20,000 nt of DNA from Vicugna vicugna (Eukaryota). Positions 9,691-20,000 of the stretch are shown here, piece by piece (the stretch's first letter is position 1; each line of letters starts with the position of its first letter). Below the pieces are notes generated by a model. It was not told the DNA's origin, did not search any database, and worked only from the letters and a program-made list of their open reading frames with translations. Location: the NCBI GenBank assembly GCA_013265495.1, contig MU057744.1, forward strand, positions 1,618,226 to 1,638,225. Reading direction: 5' to 3'. A program made the translations under genes and the position numbers.

Positions 9691-9849
9691 TTTCTTTCCT
9701 CTAATGCTTTGGCTTTTCTGTGTGGGTTTTTGTTTCCATGACTTAAATTGTTTTTGTTGCATTGAAAACTGCAGAAACACATCTGTTAAGGATGTGATCA
9801 AAGCAAGCAAGGTGGTCACCGTTGATACTGTTTAGAAAATGAACTTGGA

Positions 9850-9975
9850 GACACTTTAGAAATGATTTTACCCCTTCTGCTTGGTTCCTCTTGAGGAATT
9901 TGAGGCATTCGGGTTCAGTAACTTAACAAAAGTTGGTCCTTTTAGTGATGAAGTCAAGACTAAAATTTGGCTATC
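9850..9975 (-). mobile_element. MIR fragment
   Basis: tgaggaatttgaggcattcgggttcagtaacttaacaaaagt resembles the antisense MIR core. Confidence 0.5.
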
Positions 9976-10294
9976 ATTTCTTTTGTATCCATTCTGCCTT
10001 AATATGATGACTCATTACAATAGAAATAATACAGTTTAATCACCTAACCCTTATGAGATGCACTTATATCCCAACACTTCCAGTAACCTCTAGCTAAGAA
10101 AATAGCAATACTGTACGTCACATTCAGTCTCTTTCCTTTACTGTATGTTCCCCATTATAAGATACTATTTTGTCTACTGTACTTGAATCCAGCCAGTATT
10201 TTCTTTTCTACCTTAAAGCTTTAGAATAGTAACATCGTTACCACTTTTTTATATTCACATAGTATATCAGAGATGCTGCTAGATATTACACACA

Positions 10295-10420
10295 CATTCT
10301 TTCACTTGTTCTTTTCATCCTGAGGAGGATCTGAAGTTCAGAGAGTTTAGGTGATTTACCCAAGATCACACAACAGCTGAGTAAACAGGGCCAGGATTCT
10401 ATCCAGTTCTTTCTAACCAT
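10295..10420 (-). mobile_element. MIR fragment
   Basis: tgaggaggatctgaagttcagagagtttaggtgatttacccaagatcacac..cagctgagtaaacagggccaggattc is the antisense MIR core. Confidence 0.8.
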
Positions 10421-10820
10421 CCTTAGCATGAACTAAGCATTTGACTCTAGCGAATTTTTAGGTGTTCTTAAACTGAAAGGCAACAGAAAATGCTGGTCCA
10501 GATTTTCATAGTACTCTAGTGAGAATGTTGCAAAGAACAGAAGTAGAAGTTCTACAATAATTATGAAATCACTATCATGAATATATTTACTATGATTTTA
10601 GCTTTTATGGATATTTGTTGGTTTATTTCCTTATTGAACTTCATCATTTATCTTATTTGTTAAACTCATTTGAACTTTGTTCTTGTTTTCCATATTTGTT
10701 AGCATGCTGTCAAATTTCATGGCTTCTGAAATACTCAGTACTTTAACCCTGGAGTCTGTTTTATTTCTTATATGTATCCAGATCTTGATAAGTATTCCTC
10801 CTAGTGCTAAATATGGTTTA

Positions 10821-10823
<3 letters not shown>

Positions 10824-10853
<30 letters not shown>
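10824..10853 (+). repeat. (TA)15 microsatellite
   Basis: Seen directly. Confidence 0.97.
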
Positions 10854-10857
<4 letters not shown>

Positions 10858-10905
10858 TTATTATTACTACTATAAATACTCTAGCTCTATCTAAATTAGC
10901 TCATA

Positions 10906-12599
10906 ATGTGGACAACTAGCATTAAGATATTCTTCAGAGACACACAGATCGGAAACTGCGCTAGTAATGTAAGTACAAACGAAAAAAAGGAGAAATTAAA
11001 ATAGCTGATATTTTTATTTCCCCAAATATTTGCCATCTGCATTATGAGGTTAAAACAATGACAGCAATGAGATCTGATAAGAAAATGGCCATAACCATTC
11101 AAATCTATTGGGACGCCTTGTAGGGATTTACAGTATGGTTAATTACAAATCTTATCCTGTAAGTCAATTGTTCCTTAAGATAATAAGCTAATATCCTTAA
11201 GATATGATAAGTGTAATGTATAATATATAATGAGAGTATGTAGTCATCACGTTAATAAGACATTCAAGAACTAAACATTTAGAACATGAAGTTTGAGTAT
11301 CATGACTGGCAACATCCCTGAAAAATATATAGCAGCTTCTTACTATGTCTCCTTTAATAGTGGAAGACAAAAAGTCACCTTTTGGGGGGAAAACACACTT
11401 AGTCTTATTATCTTAAAACTGGCTGAGATAATACTAAGAAACCATGTTGTCACACACTAAGTGCATTCCTCTGCTAGGAAATATTGTTGGAAGACACGTG
11501 GGAAGCATTGCTGAATAAAAAGTGAAAGGAGTATTAGGAATATTACTCAGCATGGGAGATTAATTATAGAACTACACTGATTTTGTTTCAATAATGAAAA
11601 TCATGCAGAACTATTTTTAAAAGACATTTTGAAACATGGAGATTATATTCTCAATAGTGAAAAAGTCTCTTGTAAAAGCAAGGATTTGGTGAGGATGAGG
11701 ATGGTGTTCTTGAAGGAAGATGGGCGAATATAACCACTGATGGAGTGGCTGCTTGACTGGAAATAAAATAAGAATCTTAGGTAATTTCACAGAATTAGCT
11801 CCTTACATGGAATTCATACTTTCTTAGGCAGGCTATTGTAGCAAAGAAGTTGGAACCAGAGTATAAAATCTTGATTGTACTTTATGAGATATGCAGTGAC
11901 TGCAATATGGACAATCTTCTTGTAATTTTGTGGCAAAATACTTCATTTGAATTTATTTAATTTTAAAATTTAATTTTCAAAAATTTAACTGTTCCAGCCT
12001 TGCAGTGATTGATAATCAGGAGCTTTTCCTAGCATATTCCCTTGGAGATATTTCCAAGGTGAAGATGACATGTTTTACAATGAGAAAGCATCTGTTTTCT
12101 AAGTAATCTTACCATTGGAGAGAACATTTTGAAATTGGGTGTTTGGGTGTGCTTCCCCATTACAGCAATATGTTGCTGAAAATGGTATAAATGTGTCATG
12201 TATATAATCTGTGACATAGGCAGACTTCAGAAACTTCAGTGTAGAATTTTCTAATTGTTTAAATATGAGGTAAAGTGAAATTTGAATCAAATTGTTAAAA
12301 AATATAAAAATGAAATAATTTTTGATTAGGGTAAGAACTGATTGACAACAGGGAAAATGGAAAGTTACTAGCTGAATTTCAACAAAATCCTTTTATAATT
12401 GGTGGATTAAAATGAAAAATAAGAATGCTTTTCCACTTGGATCTGTGCTTGTTTGTGACATTCCTTTTTCAGTTTTGAAAGCTATTAAAATGAATTACTG
12501 AGATAAACTGAACTTAAATCAGCCTTTCTTATTATTGTATCACAAAGTTTCAATCTTAAAGTTTTAACAACAGTGAAGCATATTTAGTCATATTCATAA
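10906..12599 (+). pseudogene. Decayed hAT (Buster/ZBED5-like) transposase
   Basis: Manual translation, in the expected order: NESM (11229-11240), LIRHSRTKHLEHE (11252-11290, BED finger), KCIPLLGNIVGRHVGSIAE (11459-11515), ITTDGVAA (11730-11753), RQAIVAKKLEPE (11826-11861), FPLGSVLVCDIPFSVLKAIKMNY*DKLNL (12430-12516, C-terminal hAT block). Many stops and frameshifts. Confidence 0.85.
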
Positions 12600-12800
12600 C
12601 CTAAGCAGAAAGTGATTTATTCTATTAAAATTATAATAAAACAAAATTTGTAGGAAATATCATTTATCTTGTCAATTTTCATTTTTAATCATTTATAATG
12701 TATATATTTGAGTATTGGAATACAGATCTGTGATTAAAATAGCATTTTAACATGCTTTTTGTTTTGGAAACATATGTTCAGAATACTTGCTCATGGAGTG

Positions 12801-13282
12801 TATGGTGGGCTGAATTGCTGCCACAGACATCCAGTTCCTAATCTTCGCAAACTGTGAATGCACTATGTGGCAACGGGTCTTTGCAGATGTGACTGAGTTA
12901 AGGATCTTGATGTGAAGAGATTGTCCTGGATTATCTGGGTAAATTCTAACTGTATTCACAAGTGTCCTCGTAAGAAGGAGGCTCAGAGAGATTTGACTAC
13001 AGAAGAGGAGGGGGAATGTGATAAGTGAAGTGGAGATTCGAGAGCTGTGCTTTGTAGATGGAGGAAGGGGCCACCAGTCAAGGAACATAGGTGGCCACTA
13101 GAAGCTGAAAAAGACAAGATACCGGATTCTCCCTTCAGAGCCTCCAGTAAGAACCAACTTTGTTCGCATCTTGACTTTAACCCAATGATTTCAGATTCCT
13201 GACCTCTAGGACTGTAAGAGAATAAACTTGTTTGCCTTAAGTTGATGGTAATTTGTTACAGCAGCATTCAGAAAGTGATATA
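12801..13282 (+). mobile_element. MaLR solo LTR (MLT1D/MLT1C-like)
   Basis: gtctttgcagatgtgactgagttaaggatcttga, tagaagctgaaaaagacaag and ggtaatttgttacagcagc. AATAAA at 13221-13226. 5-bp TSD gagtg (12796-12800) / aagtg (13283-13287). Confidence 0.92.
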
Positions 13283-13970
13283 AAGTGTACACATTTGGAG
13301 ACATTTAATATTTACTCTAGTTTCCAACTTAAGTTCTCCTGCTCGAAGTTACTGAAATTAACCTTAGATGTTTTATAGCATTGTGTTTTATTTCATTTTT
13401 TCTTCTTTCAGTGGCTGTCTATCATCATATTGCTAATTTCCTGATCAGTTTCTGGACCAGGTTCCAATACTCCACTTTCAATAAAATTTTCAAAAATTCT
13501 TTAGAAAGTTAATGGGAAAATAAAATTTGGAATTCAAGTTCAGAAAGCAAAAAAGTATTTAATATTTCAACATGAATTTTCAAAGGCAAAAATACATTTA
13601 CACATCCTAGTTAGGCATCCTTGAAAATAAAGCTTTGCTTAAGAAGTTGAGTTTTGATAATATCCTTTCAAAACATGTTTCTAGCTAAAAGCTTAAAGTT
13701 ATATAGGTAAAAATTGGTACTAGCCTTCCAGGTGCTCAGACTGATAATTTGAATTATCAAATAAATTGTTAGTTTTACTGATCATATATCAGTTCATTGT
13801 GAGCTGATTAAGTTAGTTAATGTTAGATGTACCCTGTAAGAGTTTGAGTAGTTCAGTGCTTAAAGATGGGACTGTTTTGTTGAGCAGAGATGGAGGTTTT
13901 CCTGAAGTCTCTGATACATTATGTTGCTTACTTTTCACTTGCCACCATGGCCTGGTGCTCTGTCATAAAG

Positions 13971-14080
13971 GAAATGAAATTGGTTTCTGAAGGAGATGAA
14001 ATCAGTCTAACAAAGATGCATTCCAGCAGACACCAAAACTTAAGAGATCATTCATTCTTAAACCACTTACGAGTATAAAT
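13971..14080 (+). other. Candidate internal (probably non-coding) exon
   Basis: Non-repeat sequence with an AG-free stretch ending ctctgtcataAAG|GAA and a donor AAT|GTAAGT at 14081. Stop codons in all three frames. Confidence 0.3.
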
Positions 14081-14694
14081 GTAAGTTGAGGTTAATGTGG
14101 ATGAAATTAAGATAAAATGGGATTAGCTTGTAGAAAATAGATGGATGGGTATCTTAATGGGTGATTTTATCATTAAATCTCTTTATCAGGAATAAACCTG
14201 GCATCAAACATTGAATTCTATTATGAGACTTGCCAAATAAAAGATTTAGAAGTGTGTAATCTTTATCACCAAATAATTTATTCTTGTAAAGTTCCAATGA
14301 ATCTTTCAGGTTAGTAACCGACATGTGAATGAATTGGGTGTGTATGAATCTATTTCATTTCCTGTCATAGAGGGTCCTGGGATAATGCAGTAAATTCAGT
14401 GCAGATAATTTTGATTGTTTAGTATTTCACCCCATCAAGATACCATTTTTCTAACCACTGTAACTTAGAATTTTCAGTCCATCATCAAGATACTATGATG
14501 AGTTTTTGCATTATTTTAACATATGTTTATCTTTGAAAAATCATAGCTAAGTTATTTAAAGCTCATTAGTTAATATGTAAAAAATAATTTAAAAATACTT
14601 CTAGGGCTTATTTACAAATATTTTTCAGTGGTCTATTTGCAATGAAATGGTACATATGTCATAATAATTATTTTACTTTAATGAACTTTGAACA

Positions 14695-15085
14695 TGAGGC
14701 ACAGGCAGCACTATTAAGAGTATTCAGCAAAATATATAAGAAGAAGGGTATTATGGAGGTTACAAGGTCTCACTAGCTTATGAAGTAGTGTGAAAGATAT
14801 GTTGCATACAAATAGGTATAATATATGGCAGCGTGGATCATCAGAAGATGATTCATGATTGAGTTAGTATTTGAGCGTGCAGATTAAGGATCAGTAGAAA
14901 TAGGGCAGAGAACAAAGATGGGAAAATGAAATATGTTTGTGAAAAGTAGGGAATTATTTAATTTAGTCTATTGTAAGCATTTAGTATAGGCTAGAAAATT
15001 AGGTTGGATCCGGAATATGAATGCTGGATAGAGAAGCTTGGACTTAGTCAATGTATTAGGCAATGAAGTTGCCCCGAGTTTCCAG
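14695..15085 (-). mobile_element. L2 fragment, antisense, very diverged
   Basis: gagttagtatttgagc, ggctagaaaattaggttggat and gaatgctggatagagaagcttggacttag...taggcaatg are L2-like blocks. Confidence 0.6.
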
Positions 15086-15480
15086 ATATTTCCAAAGTAA
15101 ATGGTATTTATTGAGATTGTAATTGACAAACATTATATATATTTAAGGTGTAAAATGTGATGTTTTGATATATGTATACATTGTGAAATGATTACCACAA
15201 TCAAGCCAATTTACATATCCATCACCTCACATAGTTAATGGTTGTTTTTTATGTGATGAGAACACTTAAGATCAACTCTTTTACAAATTTCAAGTGTTAA
15301 ATACAGTATTATTAACTAATATTACCATGCTGCACATTAGATTTGTAGAACTATTCATTTTGCTTAACTGAAACTTTCTACTTCTTGACCAACATCTCTC
15401 CATTCCCTTTTTCTCACACTGCCCCAGCCCTTAGCAACAACTGTTCTACTTTCTGCTTCTATCAGTTTGACTATTTTAGA

Positions 15481-16105
15481 TTACTGTAGCTATGTAATGA
15501 GTTTTAAATCAGGAAGTGTGATGCATCCAGCTTTCTTCTTTCTCAAGATAGCTTTGGCTATTTGGGGTCTTTTGTGTTTCCATATAAATTTTAGGATTGT
15601 TTGCTCTATTTCTGTGAAAACTGAAATTGAAATTTTGATAGTGATTGCATTGAATCTATAGACCACTTTAGGTTATGTACATATTTTAACAGTATATTTC
15701 TTCCAGTCTATGAGCACAGAATATCTTTCCATTTATTTGTATTTTCTTCAGTTTCCTTTAATAATGTCTTATAGTTTTTAATGTACAGATCTTTCACCTT
15801 CTTAAGTATTTTATTCTTTTTGCTTTTAATTTCTCTTTCTGTTTAGTTTGTTGTTAGTGTGTAGAAACACAACTGATTTTTGTATATTGAAATTGTATCC
15901 TGCAACTTTACTGTATTCATTAGTTCCAACAGATTTTTGATGGAGTCATTACGGTCTTTGATACATAATACCAGGTCATCTGCATATAGAGAGGCTTTTA
16001 CTTTTTCCTTTTCAACTTGGATTGCTTTTATTTCTTTTTCTTGCCTAATTGCTCTGATTAGTACTTCTAATTGATGAATTAAATTGACAAGAGTGGGCAT
16101 TCTTC
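15481..16105 (-). pseudogene. L1 ORF2 reverse-transcriptase remnant
   Basis: ORF 15843-16133 translates to LEVLIRAIRQEKEIKAIQVEKEKVKASLYADDLVLCIK, the L1 RT (F/Y)ADD motif region. Frameshifted. Confidence 0.92.
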
Positions 16106-16790
16106 TAAGGCAACTATGGTAACAACAGTCCATCCTTGTTTATCTTGGAATGTCTTTTTTAATTCATGTTTGAAAAATAGCTTAGCTGTATATTGAATTT
16201 TTGGCTGACATTTTTGAGTATGTCATCAGCTGCCTTCCTTCCTGTCTTGGTTCAAATGAGAAGTCAGCTATTAATTATATTGTGATGAGTAGTTTTTTGT
16301 CTTGCTGCTTTAAATATTTCATTTTTCTTGTCTTTGATTCTGAATAGTTTGAGTGTAATGGGTGTAGGTGTGAATCTCTGTCTTTATCCTACTAGGGTAT
16401 TTTTGTGTTTCTTGGATGTGTAAATTAATGTTTTTCATCAAATTTTGGAAGTTTTTGGGTATTACTTCTTTAAGTATATTTTCTGTCCTTTTCTTTCTCT
16501 CCTGTTCTTCTGGGATTCCAATTACATTTATATTGATATTATTCCACAAGTTTTTGTGGCTAAGTTAACTTTTTCTATGTTTTTTCCCTTTATTTACTTC
16601 TGATTAAGTAATTTCTGTTGAGTGTCCTTAAGTTCACTGATTCTTTCTCCTTTCATTTCAAATCTGCTGTTGGGCACCTCTAGTATATTTTATTATTTCA
16701 GTTATTATACTCAAATCCAGAATTTCCATTTGGTTGTCTTTGTAATTGCTGTATCTTTATTGAGAATTTCTATTATTCATTGATCATTGA
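16106..16790 (-). pseudogene. L1 ORF1p remnant
   Basis: ORF 16319-16549 (NINVIGIPEEQERKKRTENILKEVIPKNFQNLMKNINLHIQETQKYPSRI) matches the L1 ORF1p RRM region. Confidence 0.88.
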
Positions 16791-18626
16791 CTCATTAGTA
16801 TAATATGTTTCTTTATTTCTTTAAACATTGTTTGATTTAGTTCTTTAAATATATTTATAAGTATAAAGTTTTCCTTGAAGCCTTTATCTGCTAATTCCAA
16901 CATCTGGAGACACTCACAGTTTCTCTTGACTTCTTTCTCTCAGTATAGGATACACTTTACACTTCTTTTGTTTTCTGCTTGTGTCATATTTTTTGTTAAA
17001 ACTAGACTTTTTAGATAATATATTGTAGGACCTCTGAATTCTGATTATTGCTTATGGAGCATTATTACTATTTTTGTTGTTTGCTTTTTCATTGTTTATT
17101 TACATGCCTGGGCTAAAGCTGTGAAATATGTCTTCCCTGTGGTGTGCTGCTCTAATTTTTTTTCCATTCTTATTTTTATTTTAGCCTGGCTTCCTCAAGG
17201 TTGCCCTATTTCTGCATAGCTTAGAGTTAAGGCAATGCTTGTACAGAAGTTGAACTCAGGTACTTCAAGCTGTATGGCTTCTGTCCTCTGCAAACCAACC
17301 TGTTTCTGGGTAGAGAAGTGCATAAGAAGTTCAGGTCATTTGAAATCTGCCCCAGGTTTACTTTCTGCTGCGTCCTTTGTGTCTTTCTTATGTACATGCT
17401 GCTTCAGAGTTAGCCAGGAGTGTTGAGTAGTTTGGCACTTCTCTGCATGCTTCAACCTCAGTCAGGAATATGCTGAGTCAGGCTTGAAGAGCTGTTGGGT
17501 CCCTGGGAAAGTCTCACTTTCACCTACAATGCAGTGTGAACGGCATCTGCTCCCAGTCAAGGGAGCTCCCCGATAAGGTGGCGCAGTGTTTGGTCCTCAC
17601 AGCCTACACCACACACCACATTCCTGCAGGACCTCCATGTGGACTGAGCTGAGGGGAGTTGGGAGCACCCTTGGGAAGTAACAGCACCAACTCTTACTGT
17701 ACCTACCTGAAGTTCAGCAGTGTTCGAGCATAATAATTTGTCCTATTTTTTCAGGCCTTTGGTTAAGTCCCACAGCTCTACAAGGTTATTTATATCAATT
17801 TTATCCAGCTGGCTTTTTAGGGAGAAGATCTGCCAACCTCCTCACTCAGCCATAAGGGGACACCCTCTTCATTTCTTTAAAAAATGTAACTCATAAATCT
17901 TATTTTTCCTGAAGTGATCCTTGAACATAAAAAGTGTCACACTGTGACTCTAATATGTCATGTACACAGCTGCTACAGTTATCTTTCTACAATATCCTTT
18001 GTATTATTTCTTCATGTTACCTATAGCCCCCTTCTGAACCAAATTATGTGTTAGGTGAGATGCAATCTTTGGTTACCCAAACTATATTTGCATCCTGTTA
18101 TTGTAAGCTGTATGTTCATAGATTATATGGATTAATAGGTCTCCAGAGTATGTCCAGATCACCTAACATTATTTCAGAGTTAAGTCTCACAAATACAGCT
18201 TGAATTTCAATTCTGTATAAATACCTGAAATGTGTACCATGATTTAGTTTTCTAATTTTACTATTGCCTCTTTCATCAAGATTCTTCACCCAGAAAATAT
18301 TTCATCTCCCATTGACACAATGACTTGTAATATACCCACAGGGCATTATCTAGGAAGGATCACTATTTTAATGCCTTACTACACTTTTGCTTTTGCTCGT
18401 ACATTCCCAGAAGGGCTCATACCAGGTTATGAACTTATGAAATGTCCCTCAAGCTAAAGGCATAGAGTTTGGTGTATTCATGGCTCTGATTCTGTGTGTG
18501 AGTTCTTTTAGATCATGTACACTGTCACGATAAGGTTTAGTTTATCAATGATAAAACTATTACCATGAATGTACAGGAAAACAACAACAACAAAAAAGAG
18601 CTGATAATCAGACTAATATTACCTTG

Positions 18627-18820
18627 AGGCAGATGGTGTGGTACAAGTGTTTTAGGCTAAGCAGATATGCCTCTGGTTTAGATGAAGTCATTTAATTTTC
18701 TGACTCACCGTTTACTCATTTCTAAAGTGAGGATACTACTACTTCCCTTGTAGGGTTGTAATGAGACTTAGGACCTGTCACATGGAGGACATTTAAAAAA
18801 TGCTAAAGCCGTTATTATTT
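18627..18820 (+). mobile_element. MIR SINE
   Basis: aagtcatttaattttctgactcaccgtttactcatttctaaagtgaggatactactacttcccttgtagggttgtaatgagact is the MIR core. Confidence 0.85.
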
Positions 18821-19236
18821 ATGTAATTGTGTCTACACAGTTATTTCTTACATTTCTGAAACTATGTTGAAATTCCATGCTAGCAAAATTCTTACTAAGA
18901 ATTCCAAGGTGCTAAATGTCTCCATCTGAGTCTACTTGGAGTTTCAGTTTTGAGGTTCCAAGTGATATTACTCAGTTGAGTCCAGCTTATTTTGTTCAGA
19001 CTGATATTAAGTAATTAATTTATCTTTTGCCATTTTAAATTAATTTAGATGAAATTATCCAGCACATTTTCACAGAATGAGATATCTGCAAAAAATGAGA
19101 TGGTTGGCATTTGCGTGGTTATGCCTGAATAAATCTGCACTGTATTACATCATTAATTAAATTTGAAGACCACATCTTATTGCCTGCTTGATTTGCAAAC
19201 CATAATTCTGATTTTCACTCTTTTCTTCTCCTTTAG

Positions 19237-19255
19237 ACTTTTGGTAGAGCTCTAA
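19237..19255 (+). other. Candidate 19-nt micro-exon
   Basis: Branch-like ttctgat, polypyrimidine tract ttttcactcttttcttctccttTAG, 19 nt, then TAA|GTAAGT. Confidence 0.3.
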
Positions 19256-19609
19256 GTAAGTTGGAACCTGCAGACTGCTCTTATCCACAAGTTCCCCCCT
19301 TTTTAAGCAGATTATAAGAGAAGGCATGGTGGCTATTGTGACAGAGGTCATATGTCAGATAATTTGGTTGACCTGGTTACAGTAAAAATTATTTTTTCTC
19401 AGATGTTTTCAGACAGTGAACTTATGAATAGATTCCACCTAAACCTCCTGTTTGTAAAACTCCCTGGAGACAATCTATTGCTCATCATACATTTTCACTG
19501 GGAGACCCACCACGCTGGATCACTGTCTGTGGTTCCCTGGGACCTTGCAGGGACAAGGCTGAGATGTCACTGATTGTGATATTTGACAAGTACTTGGGCC
19601 ATATGTGGG

Positions 19610-20000
19610 TTTTTTTTTTTTAACATTTTTTATTGATTTATAATCATTTTACAATGTGTCAAATTCCAGTGTTCAGCACAATTTTTCAGTCATTCATGGA
19701 CATATACACACTCATTGTCACATTTTTTTCTCTGTGATTTATCATAACATTTTGTGTATATTTCCCTGTGCTATACAGTGTAATCTTGTTTACCTATTCT
19801 ACAATTTTGAAATCCCAGTCTATCCCTTCCCACCCTCTACCCTCCTGGTAACCACAAGTCTGTATTCTCCATGAGTCTTTAGATTCCACATATGAGTGAT
19901 CTCATATGGTATTTTTCTTTCTCTTTCTGGCTTACTTCACTTAGAATGACATTCTCTAGGAGCATCCATGTTGCTGCAAATGGCGTTATGTTGTCGGTTT
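19610..20000 (-). mobile_element. Young camelid-type L1 3' end, antisense, runs off the window
   Basis: Poly-T followed by aacattttttattgatttataatcattttacaatg, ccctgtgctatacagt, ggtaaccacaagtctgtattctc, ttagattccacatatgagtgat and tttctggcttacttcacttagaatg. Confidence 0.9.

Larger units (their letters stand above)
10459..13307 (+). mobile_element. Near-full-length fossil hAT DNA transposon (Charlie/Buster group, Charlie7-like), interrupted by an MLT1 LTR
   Basis: Ordered transposase motifs (see next feature). Possible degenerate terminal inverted repeats at 10459-10473 and 13293-13307 match at only 8/15, with all mismatches transitions. Ends uncertain and no clear 8-bp TSD. Confidence 0.75.
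15103..17867 (-). mobile_element. Internally deleted L1 (L1MA/L1M-type): 5'UTR, ORF1, part of RT and 3'UTR, collinear, antisense
   Basis: 3'UTR 15103-15480 (catatccatcacctcacatagtta). ORF2 15481-16105. ORF1/5'UTR 16106-17867, ending in a 5'-end-like ATGGCTGAGTGAGG on the - strand. Confidence 0.85.

Noticed and set aside
10906..12599. Functional domesticated ZBED/Buster gene
   Set aside because: Numerous stops, frameshifts and deletions, including catalytic regions.
12747..13088. 113-aa - strand ORF
   Set aside because: Almost entirely an antisense read-through of the MLT1 LTR.
19157..19874. ORFs 19157-19351, 19352-19573 and 19656-19874
   Set aside because: Short and unrecognised; the last lies inside the L1 3'UTR.
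2535..20000. Naming the host gene
   Set aside because: No recognisable coding exon in the window, so any symbol would be a guess.

Overview
Mammalian genomic DNA, probably camelid (a vic-1-type tRNA-derived SINE and a camelid-type L1 3' end). A CpG-island promoter (~2535-3470) has a dyad-symmetric CCAAT / E-box / ATTGG core that looks bidirectional. It is followed by a cluster of + strand splice donors and a 20-bp minisatellite, then ~16.5 kb that looks like the 5' intron(s) of a + strand gene I cannot identify. I recognise no intact protein-coding sequence, and the listed ORFs are repeat-derived or chance. Much of the window is transposon fossils: L2, MIR, several L1s, a MER41-like solo LTR, and a near-full-length dead hAT-Charlie/Buster transposon with a nested MLT1 LTR. 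One L1 has shrunk to ~2.8 kb through two apparently microhomology-flanked deletions. A few candidate non-coding or micro-exons are flagged. I found no convincing new biological system. Repeat family names come from recalled consensus similarity, not a database search.
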